This document shows positions 1-9,009 of a stretch of DNA of 64,000 bases, in pieces. How positions within the stretch are numbered: position 1 is the stretch's first letter; the number at the start of each line of letters is the position of its first letter. The position numbers and the translations under genes were made by a program. This DNA comes from an uncultured Bdellovibrionales bacterium (GTDB lineage Bacteria > Bdellovibrionota_C > UBA2361 > SZUA-149 > CAZDIO01), in NCBI GenBank assembly GCA_964505555.1, contig CAZDIO010000117.1:1044-65043 (forward strand). The letters are read 5' to 3'. The notes beneath the pieces are model-generated. The model worked only from the letters and a program-made list of their open reading frames with translations. It did no database searches and was not told the origin of the DNA.

Positions 1-375
1 CTGCTGTTCCTGTTCTTTGGTGAGCTTTGACGGAATCTCTTCTCCTTCTTCATCTTTATAGATTTTTTTATTGGGAGCAATCTGCGAGTCAGATTCAGCA
101 GGAGGAGCAAAAGTATCGCCTAAAATACCCCCACCACCAATTTCAAGTGGAGTGCCAGAACCTTTTTCAAAAACACCGGGACGTTTAAAATAAGTGGCGA
201 TCGCTTCTCGTGTTGTCACGGAAGCTGAATTGACTAACCAGAGCACCATAAACAACGCCATCATCGCCGTTACGAAGTCGGCATACGCTACCTTCCACGC
301 ACCACCATGATGCCCCCCGTGACCGGAGACCTTTTTTACGATGATAATTGTTTTTCCGTCTGGTCCTTCCGGCAT
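1..375 (-). CDS. motB: Flagellar motor stator protein MotB (OmpA-like). Only the N-terminal part is in the window. The gene runs off the window start.
   Basis: The reverse-strand translation starts at ATG about 373-375: MPEGPDGKTIIIVKKVSGHGGHHGGAWKVAYADFVTAMMALFMVLWLVNS. This is the typical MotB N-terminus plus single TM helix. It sits about 30 nt downstream of motA, the classic motA-motB arrangement. The ORF-track 185-490 ORF is in a different frame and is rejected. Confidence 0.7.
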   Translation of the reverse strand, partial: MPEGPDGKTIIIVKKVSGHGGHHGGAWKVAYADFVTAMMALFMVLWLVNSASVTTREAIATYFKRPGVFEKGSGTPLEIGGGGILGDTFAPPAESDSQIAPNKKIYKDEEGEEIPSKLTKEQEQQ

Positions 376-407
376 GGTCTTCTACGTAGTGCGTTGTCCT
401 TAGCTTC

Positions 408-1268
408 TTACCCCTTTCGAGCATCTTGCACGATCTGCTCAAGCTCTTGTGTGGTGGGTCGATTCGCGCTTTCAATTGATTTTCTTGCAAACTCTAGAGC
501 CACCTGGGGAGGTGCTCCACCAGCAAACGAGACCACGCCAGCCCGAATGGAATTGAGAAGAACGTGTGTTTCATGATTAATGGACTCAATCCCTTGGGCA
601 ATGGGCTGGAGATACCCATAACTGATCAGAATTCCTAAAAATGTTCCCACAAGAGCAGCAGCAACGTGATGGCCGATCTCTGACGGTGGACCATCAATAT
701 GGTTCATGGTGATAATAATACCAAGCACCGCAGCAACGATACCGATACCAGGTGCGGCGTCAGATACTTTATTTACAAGCGCTGGAACAACTGCTTCTTC
801 GTTATGATGAGTTTCAATCTCAGTTTCCATTAATTTATCAAGATCAAATGCATTCACCACACCATCCACAAAAAGCCGTAAAGAACCAACAAGGAGATCT
901 ATCGCGTGGTGATTATGAGCAATTGCTGGATACCGATTGAAGCGCTCACTGGTGTGAGGATCGGCGAGATCTTTTTCAATCCCTAAAACGCCTTCCTTTC
1001 GAATAACGTTAAAAATGGTGAGGAGGAGTCCCATCAATTGGGTGTAAGTTGCTTTATCAATGCCGCTTCCTTTAAAAACTTTGGGAAGGGATTTCATAAT
1101 CCGAAAAAACGTAGGAAGAGGAGCATACCCAATAAGAGCACCAAGCATCGCACCGCCAATAACTACATATTCGGAGGGTTGGTAAAGGACATGAAACGGT
1201 CCATGCGCCATGGCAAAACCGCCAAAGACGGAGACCGTTACAATAATAATACTAAGGATCGAACTCAT
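408..1268 (-). CDS. motA: Flagellar motor stator protein MotA (MotA/TolQ/ExbB proton-channel family).
   Basis: The 286-aa product has 4 TM segments, and the length and sequence pattern are typical of MotA. It has an ATG start and is immediately followed by motB on the same strand. Confidence 0.8.
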   Translation of the reverse strand: MSSILSIIIVTVSVFGGFAMAHGPFHVLYQPSEYVVIGGAMLGALIGYAPLPTFFRIMKSLPKVFKGSGIDKATYTQLMGLLLTIFNVIRKEGVLGIEKDLADPHTSERFNRYPAIAHNHHAIDLLVGSLRLFVDGVVNAFDLDKLMETEIETHHNEEAVVPALVNKVSDAAPGIGIVAAVLGIIITMNHIDGPPSEIGHHVAAALVGTFLGILISYGYLQPIAQGIESINHETHVLLNSIRAGVVSFAGGAPPQVALEFARKSIESANRPTTQELEQIVQDARKG

Positions 1269-1610
1269 ACTCGCTTCGCCACCCGCACTTAGGTCAGAAA
1301 ACTTAAGTTAATTATCGGCAGATTCAGCCTTGTTCTTGATCTCGGAAGGGGCCTAAGGACGACTAATTAACTCAGAGATTTGGAGTTAACACTAAGGATG
1401 TAGCTTCTTGTCGTTATATTAATCAAAACGGCAATGACCCTAAAGAAAAATGGGGAAATAGTAATTTCTATGTAACTTTATCGGTTAAATAAGTTGATAA
1501 ATCTATCAATCCTGCTTCTTTATCAATGAACCATCCCGTGATTTAACTATATCTTAATATTGACAAAATGGTTCTCTTCTAAAGGCTTGTAGCAACTAGG
1601 TGGATTTCAA

Positions 1611-2906
1611 ATGGCAGAAGAATTTGCAGAAGTTAGTTTCCCTGACGGTAAAAAAATTAAGCTTCCGATCATTTCTGGTACTGAAAATGAGCGTGCCGTC
1701 GACATCAGCCGTCTCAGGCAAGATACCGGCTACATCACAATGGATCACGGGTATGCAAACACTGGGGCGTGCTTTAGTTCCATAACCTATCTTGATGGTG
1801 AGGCGGGCATACTTCGCTACCGAGGAATCCCCATTGAAGAACTCGCCGAGCACTCCACCTTTGTAGAGACCAGTTATCTTCTTATCTATGGAGAGCTTCC
1901 GAATAAAGCACAATTGCAAACATTCACTGAAACCCTCGTTCGTCACACACTGATTCACGAGGATATGAAGCGCTTCTATGATGGGTTTCCTCGCGATGCA
2001 CACCCGATGGCGATTCTTGCCTCAGTGGTATCGGCACTCTATACTTTCTATCAAGACTGGGAAGATCCGCGAGATCCTGCAAAACAGGATCTCGGAATCA
2101 TCCGACTCCTTGCAAAACTCCCCACGATGGCAGCTTTTGCATATAAGAAATCTGTTGGACATCCTTTTATCTACCCTGACAACAGCCTCTCCTACTGTGC
2201 AAATTTTCTAAACATGATGTTTGCAACGCCCGCTGAGGAGTACTACATCGACCCCGATGTGGTCGCAGCTCTTGACCTGTTGTTAATACTCCACGCTGAT
2301 CATGAACAGAACTGCTCAACTTCTACTGTGCGAATGGTTGGAAGCAGTCTCTCAAACCTCTATGCAAGTATCTCTGCCGGCATTAGCGCATTGTGGGGAC
2401 CTCTTCATGGAGGTGCAAATCAGGAAGTCATTGAGATGCTCCAAGCAATTGTTCGCGATGGTGGGAGCATTAAAAAATACGTTGACCTTGCAAAGCAAAA
2501 AGATGGTGGTTTTCGTCTGATGGGCTTTGGTCACCGCGTTTATAAAAATTACGATCCTCGTGCCAAGATATTAAAAACACACTGTCACAAGATCGTCTCT
2601 AAGTTAAAAAGCGGAGATCCTCTCTTTGATGTTGCCCTACAACTTGAAGAGGTTGCTCTGAAAGATGAATACTTTATTGAAAGAAAACTATACCCAAACG
2701 TTGATTTCTATAGTGGGATTATTTACAGCGCGCTCAACATTCCGATTAATAGCTTCACGGCGATGTTTGCTCTTGGTCGACTCCCGGGCTGGATCGCTCA
2801 GTGGCGCGAGATGCTCCATTCGAAAGAAACCCGCATTGGACGACCACGACAGATCTACACCGGAAAAAGGAAATCATCTTACATCGCCCTTGATGAGCGA
2901 AAGTAG
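1611..2906 (+). CDS. gltA: Citrate synthase (type II).
   Basis: The 431-aa product carries the signature GFGHRVYKNYDPRA plus the conserved catalytic His/Asp context. There is an AGGTGG RBS before the ATG. Confidence 0.95.
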   Translation: MAEEFAEVSFPDGKKIKLPIISGTENERAVDISRLRQDTGYITMDHGYANTGACFSSITYLDGEAGILRYRGIPIEELAEHSTFVETSYLLIYGELPNKAQLQTFTETLVRHTLIHEDMKRFYDGFPRDAHPMAILASVVSALYTFYQDWEDPRDPAKQDLGIIRLLAKLPTMAAFAYKKSVGHPFIYPDNSLSYCANFLNMMFATPAEEYYIDPDVVAALDLLLILHADHEQNCSTSTVRMVGSSLSNLYASISAGISALWGPLHGGANQEVIEMLQAIVRDGGSIKKYVDLAKQKDGGFRLMGFGHRVYKNYDPRAKILKTHCHKIVSKLKSGDPLFDVALQLEEVALKDEYFIERKLYPNVDFYSGIIYSALNIPINSFTAMFALGRLPGWIAQWREMLHSKETRIGRPRQIYTGKRKSSYIALDERK

Positions 2907-2915
2907 CGAGGATTT

Positions 2916-3764
2916 TTGCCCGACCTTTGTTATTTAAATGGCGAGTTTGGTCCACTAAACGAGGCAAAAATCTCCATTAATGACCGAGGTCTTCTCTTTG
3001 GTGATTCCATTTACGAGGTCGTGTGTGCTTATGGGGAGAAGCCTTTTCTTCTCTCTGAACACCTTACCCGCCTTCAAGTTGGGTTGAGCGCACTGGAGAT
3101 CTCTGCAAACAACTTTCTACGATCGCTCCCATCCATACTTGATGAAGGATTAAAGAGAGCTAAGTTTCAGAAAACTCTTATCTACATTCAGGTCACTCGA
3201 GGCGTTCAGGAGAGACAGCTTACCTACCATAAACAACTTGCGCCAACATGCATTGTTACCTTTCGAGAATTTCTTGAACACTCCATCGAAGAAAAACGCA
3301 AACAAGGAGTCGCCATCTGTCTCCGGCCTGATATTCGTTGGGCATATTGCCATCTAAAAACAACAAATCTCCTTGCTAACGTTATTCTTCGAAATGATGC
3401 CGCAAAAAATAATTTTTTTGAAGCAGCACTTATTGGTAACACTAATGCAATTACAGAAGGTACTAGCTCCTCTGTTTTTATGATCTTAAACAACATTATC
3501 TTTGCTCCCCCATTAACTCAGGAGATCCTTCCTGGAGTCTATCGAGACCATCTCCAAAAGACACTCGCTCCCCAGGCAGGAATAACGGTGTCAGAAAAAG
3601 CATTTACTGCAGAAGAACTCAAAGTGGCAGATGAGGTCTTTATCACCTCAACCACCATCCAAATCATGCCCGTGGTGCGCATAGAAGATCACATTATCGG
3701 AACGGGCACCCCTGGGCCGATAACGAGAAAGCTTATTGCGGCATTAAACAGCATCATTGAATAA
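2916..3764 (+). CDS. Class IV (fold type IV) PLP aminotransferase. Candidates are D-amino-acid aminotransferase, branched-chain aminotransferase or aminodeoxychorismate-lyase-like.
   Basis: The 282-aa product has an N-terminus of the form YLNGEF...A.IS..DRGLLFGD.IYE, typical of class IV aminotransferases. It lies 10 nt downstream of gltA and is probably co-transcribed. Confidence 0.75.
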   Translation: MPDLCYLNGEFGPLNEAKISINDRGLLFGDSIYEVVCAYGEKPFLLSEHLTRLQVGLSALEISANNFLRSLPSILDEGLKRAKFQKTLIYIQVTRGVQERQLTYHKQLAPTCIVTFREFLEHSIEEKRKQGVAICLRPDIRWAYCHLKTTNLLANVILRNDAAKNNFFEAALIGNTNAITEGTSSSVFMILNNIIFAPPLTQEILPGVYRDHLQKTLAPQAGITVSEKAFTAEELKVADEVFITSTTIQIMPVVRIEDHIIGTGTPGPITRKLIAALNSIIE

Positions 3765-3791
3765 CCTTAAAGTTACCACTTTGGAGAGATC

Positions 3792-4178
3792 TTGATGAAC
3801 ACTTCTAAAAGCGAGATTTTGAAAAACCGTTTGTTTTACGCAATATCGTTGGCTTTTGGCGCCGGCGTATGGATCCTTATTATGAAAGTGTCTGGAGAAA
3901 AGCATGAAGCATGGGACTCAAGCCTCTACTTTTCAGCAGGAATTCCAATGATGTGCGTAATTTCTCTTCTCTTTGGATATCTAAAACCAGAAAGAGCGTG
4001 GAGATGGGGAGTAATGCCGATAGTCGGACAATGTTTATGGTTACTTATCTCTCAAAGAATCGGAAACATGTTGCCACTAGGATTAATTTTCTTCGCTATT
4101 CTTACTATCCCAGGAATAATTGCTGCCCACATTGGGGCGTTCTTGGCGCGTTTTCTAAAGTTGAAAGACAAAAAATAA
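3792..4178 (+). CDS. Hypothetical small integral membrane protein (4 predicted TM helices).
   Basis: The 128-aa product is hydrophobic throughout. A GGAGAG RBS precedes the ATG. Confidence 0.45.
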   Translation: MMNTSKSEILKNRLFYAISLAFGAGVWILIMKVSGEKHEAWDSSLYFSAGIPMMCVISLLFGYLKPERAWRWGVMPIVGQCLWLLISQRIGNMLPLGLIFFAILTIPGIIAAHIGAFLARFLKLKDKK

Positions 4179-4381
4179 ATCAACCTTCCAAACTCAACAT
4201 CATTCTTAAATACGATCCTAAGCTCGCAATAATCCTCACAGCGTTGGGAATAATGCCAGTATTTTATTTATTTTCATTTTTCTCTGTGTCTCTGCGCCTC
4301 TGTGGTTCAATAAAAAAGGCTTCAGAAAGATTGTAAACGCTCAAGATGATTATTTCATTAAGAGGGAGAGTTTTACAGAAA

Positions 4382-5956
4382 CTATCGACAGCGATTCGCT
4401 GCATACATGCGTGCCGCCATGATGCGTTGTGTTCCGCAATAGTTGAAGTTTGAAAGGTCGCCTCCATTACATTGGGCAACTTTGCTGCGAAGAGTTGAGT
4501 TTGAAAGGTCAAATTCTATCGTCAGATCGGGTTCAACAGTACAAGAGTATCCACTAAGATCAACCGCAAGGGTGGGTTTGGTGTTGTAAAATGAATTAGA
4601 AAACTTCTCAGACCGAAGAAGCGAGCGAAGGGGTGAGGTGCGATCCGTTACGTAATAAGGAGCACGATAATCAACTCCAAGTTCTCTCTCTACGCGAGGC
4701 ACTCCACTCCCACTCAGTTGAGATCGATGAGCACCTTCAAGAAACCTCATTCCTGAAATCCTCTCTCCTGAAATACGAGAAAGCGTTGTAGAGCGTTCTG
4801 TGCTGCTTCCATTTGAAAAACCGCTGTACGATCGAACATGAAGAAGGTTCTGCTCATCAACTGTGACATCAGAGATAGAAAAGAAGGTGCTCGCCCCAGC
4901 AATGGTTCGTGCGTATCGAGCACGAGAGCGATCAAACATAAATCCCCCATTTGACTGAAGATGAAGCTTCCCCGTAAGAAATTGCGATTGACGCTCGAAA
5001 GGATCTGCTACCCGAAGATCCGCCACAAAGTCTCCAGTTTGCGAAACGGTAATGACCTCTGCTCTTCTTGGTATACCCTGCACACATTGCCAGAGCTTTA
5101 CATGATAGAGCTTGTCTGCAGCAGCATTTTGACTGAGCGATGCAATCTGCATATACACATCTCGATTTCCTATGCCGGTGTTTTTTAAGCTCGCTTTGAT
5201 GAGCTGCTTTGTCGCTCCAGGTTCAAGAAGTTTTCTCGTATCACTAGGAAGCGCTCCAGAAATAAGTTTTGCTCCCTCCGATGCAAGCGCTTCTTCCGTA
5301 AAGACGTTTTGAAGGATGCAAAGATCTTTTGCCTCATCAACAACGCTTTTAAATGCTAGCGCTGTGCGCTGCGTCATCAAGCATCCATTATCTCCTGCGG
5401 AAGTTCCATCGGGGCCGCTTCCGGTAAATTCTCGACACTGCGCCGTGCTTGGTTTTCCAGAAAGGATTGCGCTGACAATACCTGGGCGCCAAAATACATT
5501 CTCTACCCCACGAGAACTAAGCTCAGAAAACGTTGGGGCTTCCCCCGTGCTGGCAAGTTCCGCTTGTGCTGGAGAATGAGCACCTGAGACAATACGATCA
5601 AGCTTTGGTAGCCGGGTAAGAGAAATTCGAGGTTTTGAAAGTGCTACACATTGTGAATTATACCTTCCTACTTCACTTTTGAGATGAGCGATTTTCTCTG
5701 TTCTCGTTTTTTTCTTCATCTCGCGACGCATTGCTTTTGATGGGTTTTCAAGCATTCGGATATACTCACTATGGGTAACAAATGAACCAGAAACAATCGA
5801 ACCAAGGGTCCACTGTTTTGATACATACCCACAGAGTCGAGCTCCAACGGCACGAGTGATTACTGAGTGAGAATCTGCAAGGGAAGTAGTCGCTCCAAAT
5901 AATCCAAAAAGAAGTTGACTGGCGAGAAAAACTACAAGAAAACGAAGAACCCCCAT
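4382..5956 (-). CDS. Hypothetical secreted protein (signal peptide, no recognisable domain).
   Basis: The track ORF 4382-5989 starts at TTG. An internal ATG (MGVLRFLVVFLASQLLFGLFGATTSLA...) gives a classic signal peptide, so the start is placed at 5956. The product is Ser/Gly/Thr-rich. Confidence 0.5.
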   Translation of the reverse strand: MGVLRFLVVFLASQLLFGLFGATTSLADSHSVITRAVGARLCGYVSKQWTLGSIVSGSFVTHSEYIRMLENPSKAMRREMKKKTRTEKIAHLKSEVGRYNSQCVALSKPRISLTRLPKLDRIVSGAHSPAQAELASTGEAPTFSELSSRGVENVFWRPGIVSAILSGKPSTAQCREFTGSGPDGTSAGDNGCLMTQRTALAFKSVVDEAKDLCILQNVFTEEALASEGAKLISGALPSDTRKLLEPGATKQLIKASLKNTGIGNRDVYMQIASLSQNAAADKLYHVKLWQCVQGIPRRAEVITVSQTGDFVADLRVADPFERQSQFLTGKLHLQSNGGFMFDRSRARYARTIAGASTFFSISDVTVDEQNLLHVRSYSGFSNGSSTERSTTLSRISGERISGMRFLEGAHRSQLSGSGVPRVERELGVDYRAPYYVTDRTSPLRSLLRSEKFSNSFYNTKPTLAVDLSGYSCTVEPDLTIEFDLSNSTLRSKVAQCNGGDLSNFNYCGTQRIMAARMYAANRCR

Positions 5957-6016
5957 AGGTGCCCTATAAATAGTGTTACGAATCAGCAAAAGCTTCTAAC
6001 CACGTGAATGCCATCT

Positions 6017-6115
6017 CTGTCGTTGCGAGCGAAGCGAAGCAATCTCGAATAAAGACAAGAGTTCGAGATTGCTTCGCTTCGCCCGGCGGCCGGGCCTCCC
6101 GGCTCGCAACGACAG
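6017..6115. repeat. Composite nested palindrome. A perfect 21-bp stem (about 6029-6049 / 6062-6082, 12-nt loop) is enclosed by a 12-bp outer stem (about 6017-6028 / 6104-6115). A 21-nt GC-rich asymmetric insert (ccggcggccgggcctcccggc) lies between them.
   Basis: Read directly from the sequence: gcgaagcgaagcaatctcgaa ... ttcgagattgcttcgcttcgc and ctgtcgttgcga ... tcgcaacgacag. The element is intergenic, between two minus-strand genes. Coordinates are +/-2. Confidence 0.6.
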
Positions 6116-6233
6116 GTGTCTCTTACATTCTTTACTGTCGGCCCTAAGATTACGTATCCTAAGAATCTATCGCGCTAGGGAGTGCGATCTAATGAGAACA
6201 GATCTGATCAGATCCCGTGTTTTGTAGGGAAAT

Positions 6234-6632
6234 TTACTTATCTTTTCCGTATAAGGGAAAGGCGTTTGCTTTTCCACCAAAGCGGGTAATTTCTCGCCAT
6301 GAGGATTTTTGCTCTAAAATTCTATTTTCGCAGTACGCTGTTTTTTTGTTTCGAGGATGCATACAGTTAAGCGTGGGACTCGGTGATGGATCGGCATCAG
6401 CACCTTCGAACTTACGAAGAAATGTTATGGTGTCAGTAGCAAGCTTTCCATCTGTATACCAAATACAGATCGCAATGAATGAAATAAAGCTAAAAATACC
6501 CCCGATAACAAAGCGTTCTATCCGCTTCTGTCTTTCGCGAACCTTTCTGTACACCTCGGCGGCAGCTTGAAGCGCCTGAAGTTGTAGTTCAGTCGAATCA
6601 ACTTTCGATTTTCGCTTTCTTCGTTTTTTCAT
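6234..6632 (-). CDS. Hypothetical small basic protein with one TM helix. The start is uncertain (a Lys/Arg-rich N-terminus, MKKRRKRKSK, was chosen).
   Basis: The ORF is on the same strand as its neighbours. An overlapping + strand ORF (6217-6570) is the alternative reading. No homology was recognised. Confidence 0.3.
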   Translation of the reverse strand: MKKRRKRKSKVDSTELQLQALQAAAEVYRKVRERQKRIERFVIGGIFSFISFIAICIWYTDGKLATDTITFLRKFEGADADPSPSPTLNCMHPRNKKTAYCENRILEQKSSWREITRFGGKANAFPLYGKDK

Positions 6633-6719
6633 TGAAAAATCAAGACACCTTTTTACCAAACCCCTATGATCTATCGACAAATTTTAGGGTCTGCTTAAAG
6701 AAACGAAGAGTATTATTGG

Positions 6720-7187
6720 CTAATTCAATGCGGAGGGTATCGAACCTGCTATTTTTAGCCTGCTTTTGGGCACAATCCCCCACTTCGCTGCAAGCCCGCC
6801 ACCAATTTCAAGAACATACATCGCGGGCTTTTCACTCGAGCGCCCTTCCGTTGTCAGGGGTGGAACATGAGAAAGAACTGACACTACTTCCATATCTTTA
6901 TTAAGAAATATCATATCAAGTTCAATGTAAGTATTTTTCATCCAGAAGTGGCGGGGCTCTTCTTTGGGGAAGATAAAAAGCATTCCTCTTTTTTCAGGAA
7001 GCTCTTTTCTATACATCATTCCTAGATTTCGTAACTCTGGCGTGTTCATCATCTCACTCTGGATCGAGGGACTTTTGTCGCCATTTGGATGATGAAATTC
7101 CATCGTTACGGTATTTGGTTCCGCACGACATGAAACTACAAAAATCAATAACAAAACGACAAGCTGGCGAAGTGCCGGGGTGATCAC
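6720..7187 (-). CDS. DUF192-family secreted protein (COG1430-like).
   Basis: The 155-aa product has a signal peptide and the pattern MLFIFPKEE....FWMKNTYIELDMIFLNKD....VPP. It overlaps the etfA stop by 4 nt and is probably in the etfBA operon. Confidence 0.65.
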   Translation of the reverse strand: MITPALRQLVVLLLIFVVSCRAEPNTVTMEFHHPNGDKSPSIQSEMMNTPELRNLGMMYRKELPEKRGMLFIFPKEEPRHFWMKNTYIELDMIFLNKDMEVVSVLSHVPPLTTEGRSSEKPAMYVLEIGGGLAAKWGIVPKSRLKIAGSIPSALN

Positions 7188-8152
7188 GCTTTTGCTTTCT
7201 TTATCTCTTCAATGAGCTCGGGGATTACTTGGTAGAGGTCGCCAACCAGAGCATAATCAGCGATCTCAAAAATCGGCGCATCGGCATCCTTATTAATGGC
7301 AACAATGACCTTTGAATCTTTCATCCCCGCAAGGTGTTGAATCGCACCAGAAATGCCGATCGCGATGTAGAGCTTCGGAGCAACAATCTTTCCCGTCTGA
7401 CCCACCTGCCAATCATTTGGCGCATAACCCGAATCCACCGCCGCGCGGCTGGCACCGACCGCCGCTCCAAGAAGATCGGCAAGGGGGAAAATTAGCTTTT
7501 CAAAATTTTCAGCCGACTTTAGCGCTCGACCTCCACTAATAATAACATCAGCCTCTGTAAGCTCTGGTCGCTCGCTTTTTGTCGTTTCAAAAGAGACAAA
7601 CTGTTGTAAATCGCCTGCCTCTACGGTGATCGAGAGTTTCTTTACAGGACAAGCCGTTGCAGCTTTCTTTGCTGCATCAAAGTTTGAGCCTCGAATGGTG
7701 ACCACTTTCTTCTGAGTCGTAATCTCTACATCGGCAAAGATATTTCCAGCAAACATTGGTCGGGTAAAGATATGTTGTTCTTTGATTGAAACAACATCAC
7801 TCGCAAGACCCGCTTCTAAAAATCCAGAAATTCGTGGGAAGAGATCCTTTCCCTGAGAGCTGGCAAGCGCCACTACCAGTTCGGGAGATGTCTCAGCGAT
7901 GACCTTTTTTAGCGCTGAGGTAAAAGTAAGTGCGAGATAGTGCGATAAATTTGGAGACTCCACATAAACTACCTCATCGAGTCCGTAGAAAGATGTTTCT
8001 GTGGCCGCATCTCCTACTCCTTGACCTCCAAGTAATACACCGACTACTTTCTTGTAGCCTTGAACACGTTTTGCAATGAGTGCCGCTTCAATCGCAACGA
8101 GCGAACTTTTTCCTAACTTATTGTTCTGGTGCTCGATATAACAAAGTATCAC
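7184..8152 (-). CDS. etfA: Electron transfer flavoprotein alpha subunit.
   Basis: The 322-aa product has the C-terminal FAD-binding signature ...YIAIGISGAIQHLAGM.... It has a GTG start and lies 12 nt after etfB. Confidence 0.9.
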   Translation of the reverse strand: MILCYIEHQNNKLGKSSLVAIEAALIAKRVQGYKKVVGVLLGGQGVGDAATETSFYGLDEVVYVESPNLSHYLALTFTSALKKVIAETSPELVVALASSQGKDLFPRISGFLEAGLASDVVSIKEQHIFTRPMFAGNIFADVEITTQKKVVTIRGSNFDAAKKAATACPVKKLSITVEAGDLQQFVSFETTKSERPELTEADVIISGGRALKSAENFEKLIFPLADLLGAAVGASRAAVDSGYAPNDWQVGQTGKIVAPKLYIAIGISGAIQHLAGMKDSKVIVAINKDADAPIFEIADYALVGDLYQVIPELIEEIKKAKA

Positions 8153-8164
8153 GCCGTTGCTCCT

Positions 8165-8923
8165 TTACAGTACTTTTGCTTCGTTCTTTAACTTCCCAAC
8201 TAATTCAGAAACACTTCCCACCTTCACTCCGGCTTGACGCTTTTTGGGAGCTTCCATCCGCACCACGCGCACCTTTGGCTCTGCATTAATACCCAGTGAA
8301 GCAAGGGGAATCTCCTCAAGAGGTTTCTTCTTTGCTTTGACGATCCCAGGAAGTGAAGGGTAACGAGGTTCATTTAATCGTAGATCCGTGGTGACCACCG
8401 TAGGAAGTGAGACCTTAATTGTTTCAAGTCCCCCATCAACTTCACGAGTTACGGTAGCGCTACTCCAGGTATCATCGATAACGAGTTTTGAAGCAAAGGT
8501 CGCTTGCGACAGCGAGAGTCGTTCTGCAAGAAGTTGTCCAGTTTGATTGGCATCGGAATCAATCGCCTGTTTTCCCATGATCACCAGATTGGGAGATTCT
8601 TTTTTATAGATCTCCGCCAATATTCGATGGGCAGCATCAGAGTCAATAAATTCATCTGTAACGACAAGCACGGCGCGATCGGCCCCCATCGCCATTGCAG
8701 TTCGAAGTTGTTCCGTAGTTCCCGAAGGACCAATTGAGGCCACCACAACTTCAACTTCACCCTTACTCTCTTTAATCCGTAACGCTTCTTCAACAGCGAT
8801 TTCGTCAAACGGATTAATAATCCACTTCACCCCTTCGGTGATAATTCCTTTGGCATCGGGTGCGATTTTTACAGCGATCTGATAATCAGGAACGCGCTTA
8901 AGAGCGACTAATATTTTTTTCAT
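8165..8923 (-). CDS. etfB: Electron transfer flavoprotein beta subunit.
   Basis: The 252-aa product starts MKKILVALKRVPDY... and carries the Etf-beta fold signature. Confidence 0.9.
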   Translation of the reverse strand: MKKILVALKRVPDYQIAVKIAPDAKGIITEGVKWIINPFDEIAVEEALRIKESKGEVEVVVASIGPSGTTEQLRTAMAMGADRAVLVVTDEFIDSDAAHRILAEIYKKESPNLVIMGKQAIDSDANQTGQLLAERLSLSQATFASKLVIDDTWSSATVTREVDGGLETIKVSLPTVVTTDLRLNEPRYPSLPGIVKAKKKPLEEIPLASLGINAEPKVRVVRMEAPKKRQAGVKVGSVSELVGKLKNEAKVL

Positions 8924-8970
8924 AAAAAAGAGTACTTAGCTCCAAATGTTCTTCGGCTTCATTTCTTAGC

Positions 8971-8999
8971 ATTAGCGATAGATATATGCCAGGTGTCAA
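8971..8999 (-). promoter_or_regulatory. Candidate sigma70-type promoter for etfBA. On the minus strand it reads TTGACA, then a 17-nt spacer, then GCTAAT.
   Basis: The hexamers lie about 50-75 nt upstream of the etfB ATG. The -10 matches the consensus at 4 of 6 positions. Confidence 0.35.
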
Positions 9000-9009
9000 T
9001 TTTTCTTCT

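Noticed and set aside
185-576. ORFs 185-490 (-) and 307-576 (+) at the motA/motB junction.
   Set aside because: They are out of frame relative to the clearly recognisable MotB N-terminus and MotA C-terminus. The MotB frame was re-derived by hand.
1540-1610. TTGACA hexamer upstream of gltA as a promoter.
   Set aside because: No acceptable -10 hexamer lies at 16-19 nt spacing. It is left unannotated.
3911-4336. 141-aa + strand ORF overlapping the 3792-4178 membrane protein in another frame.
   Set aside because: The in-frame 128-aa ORF has an RBS and coherent TM helices. The overlapping frame does not.
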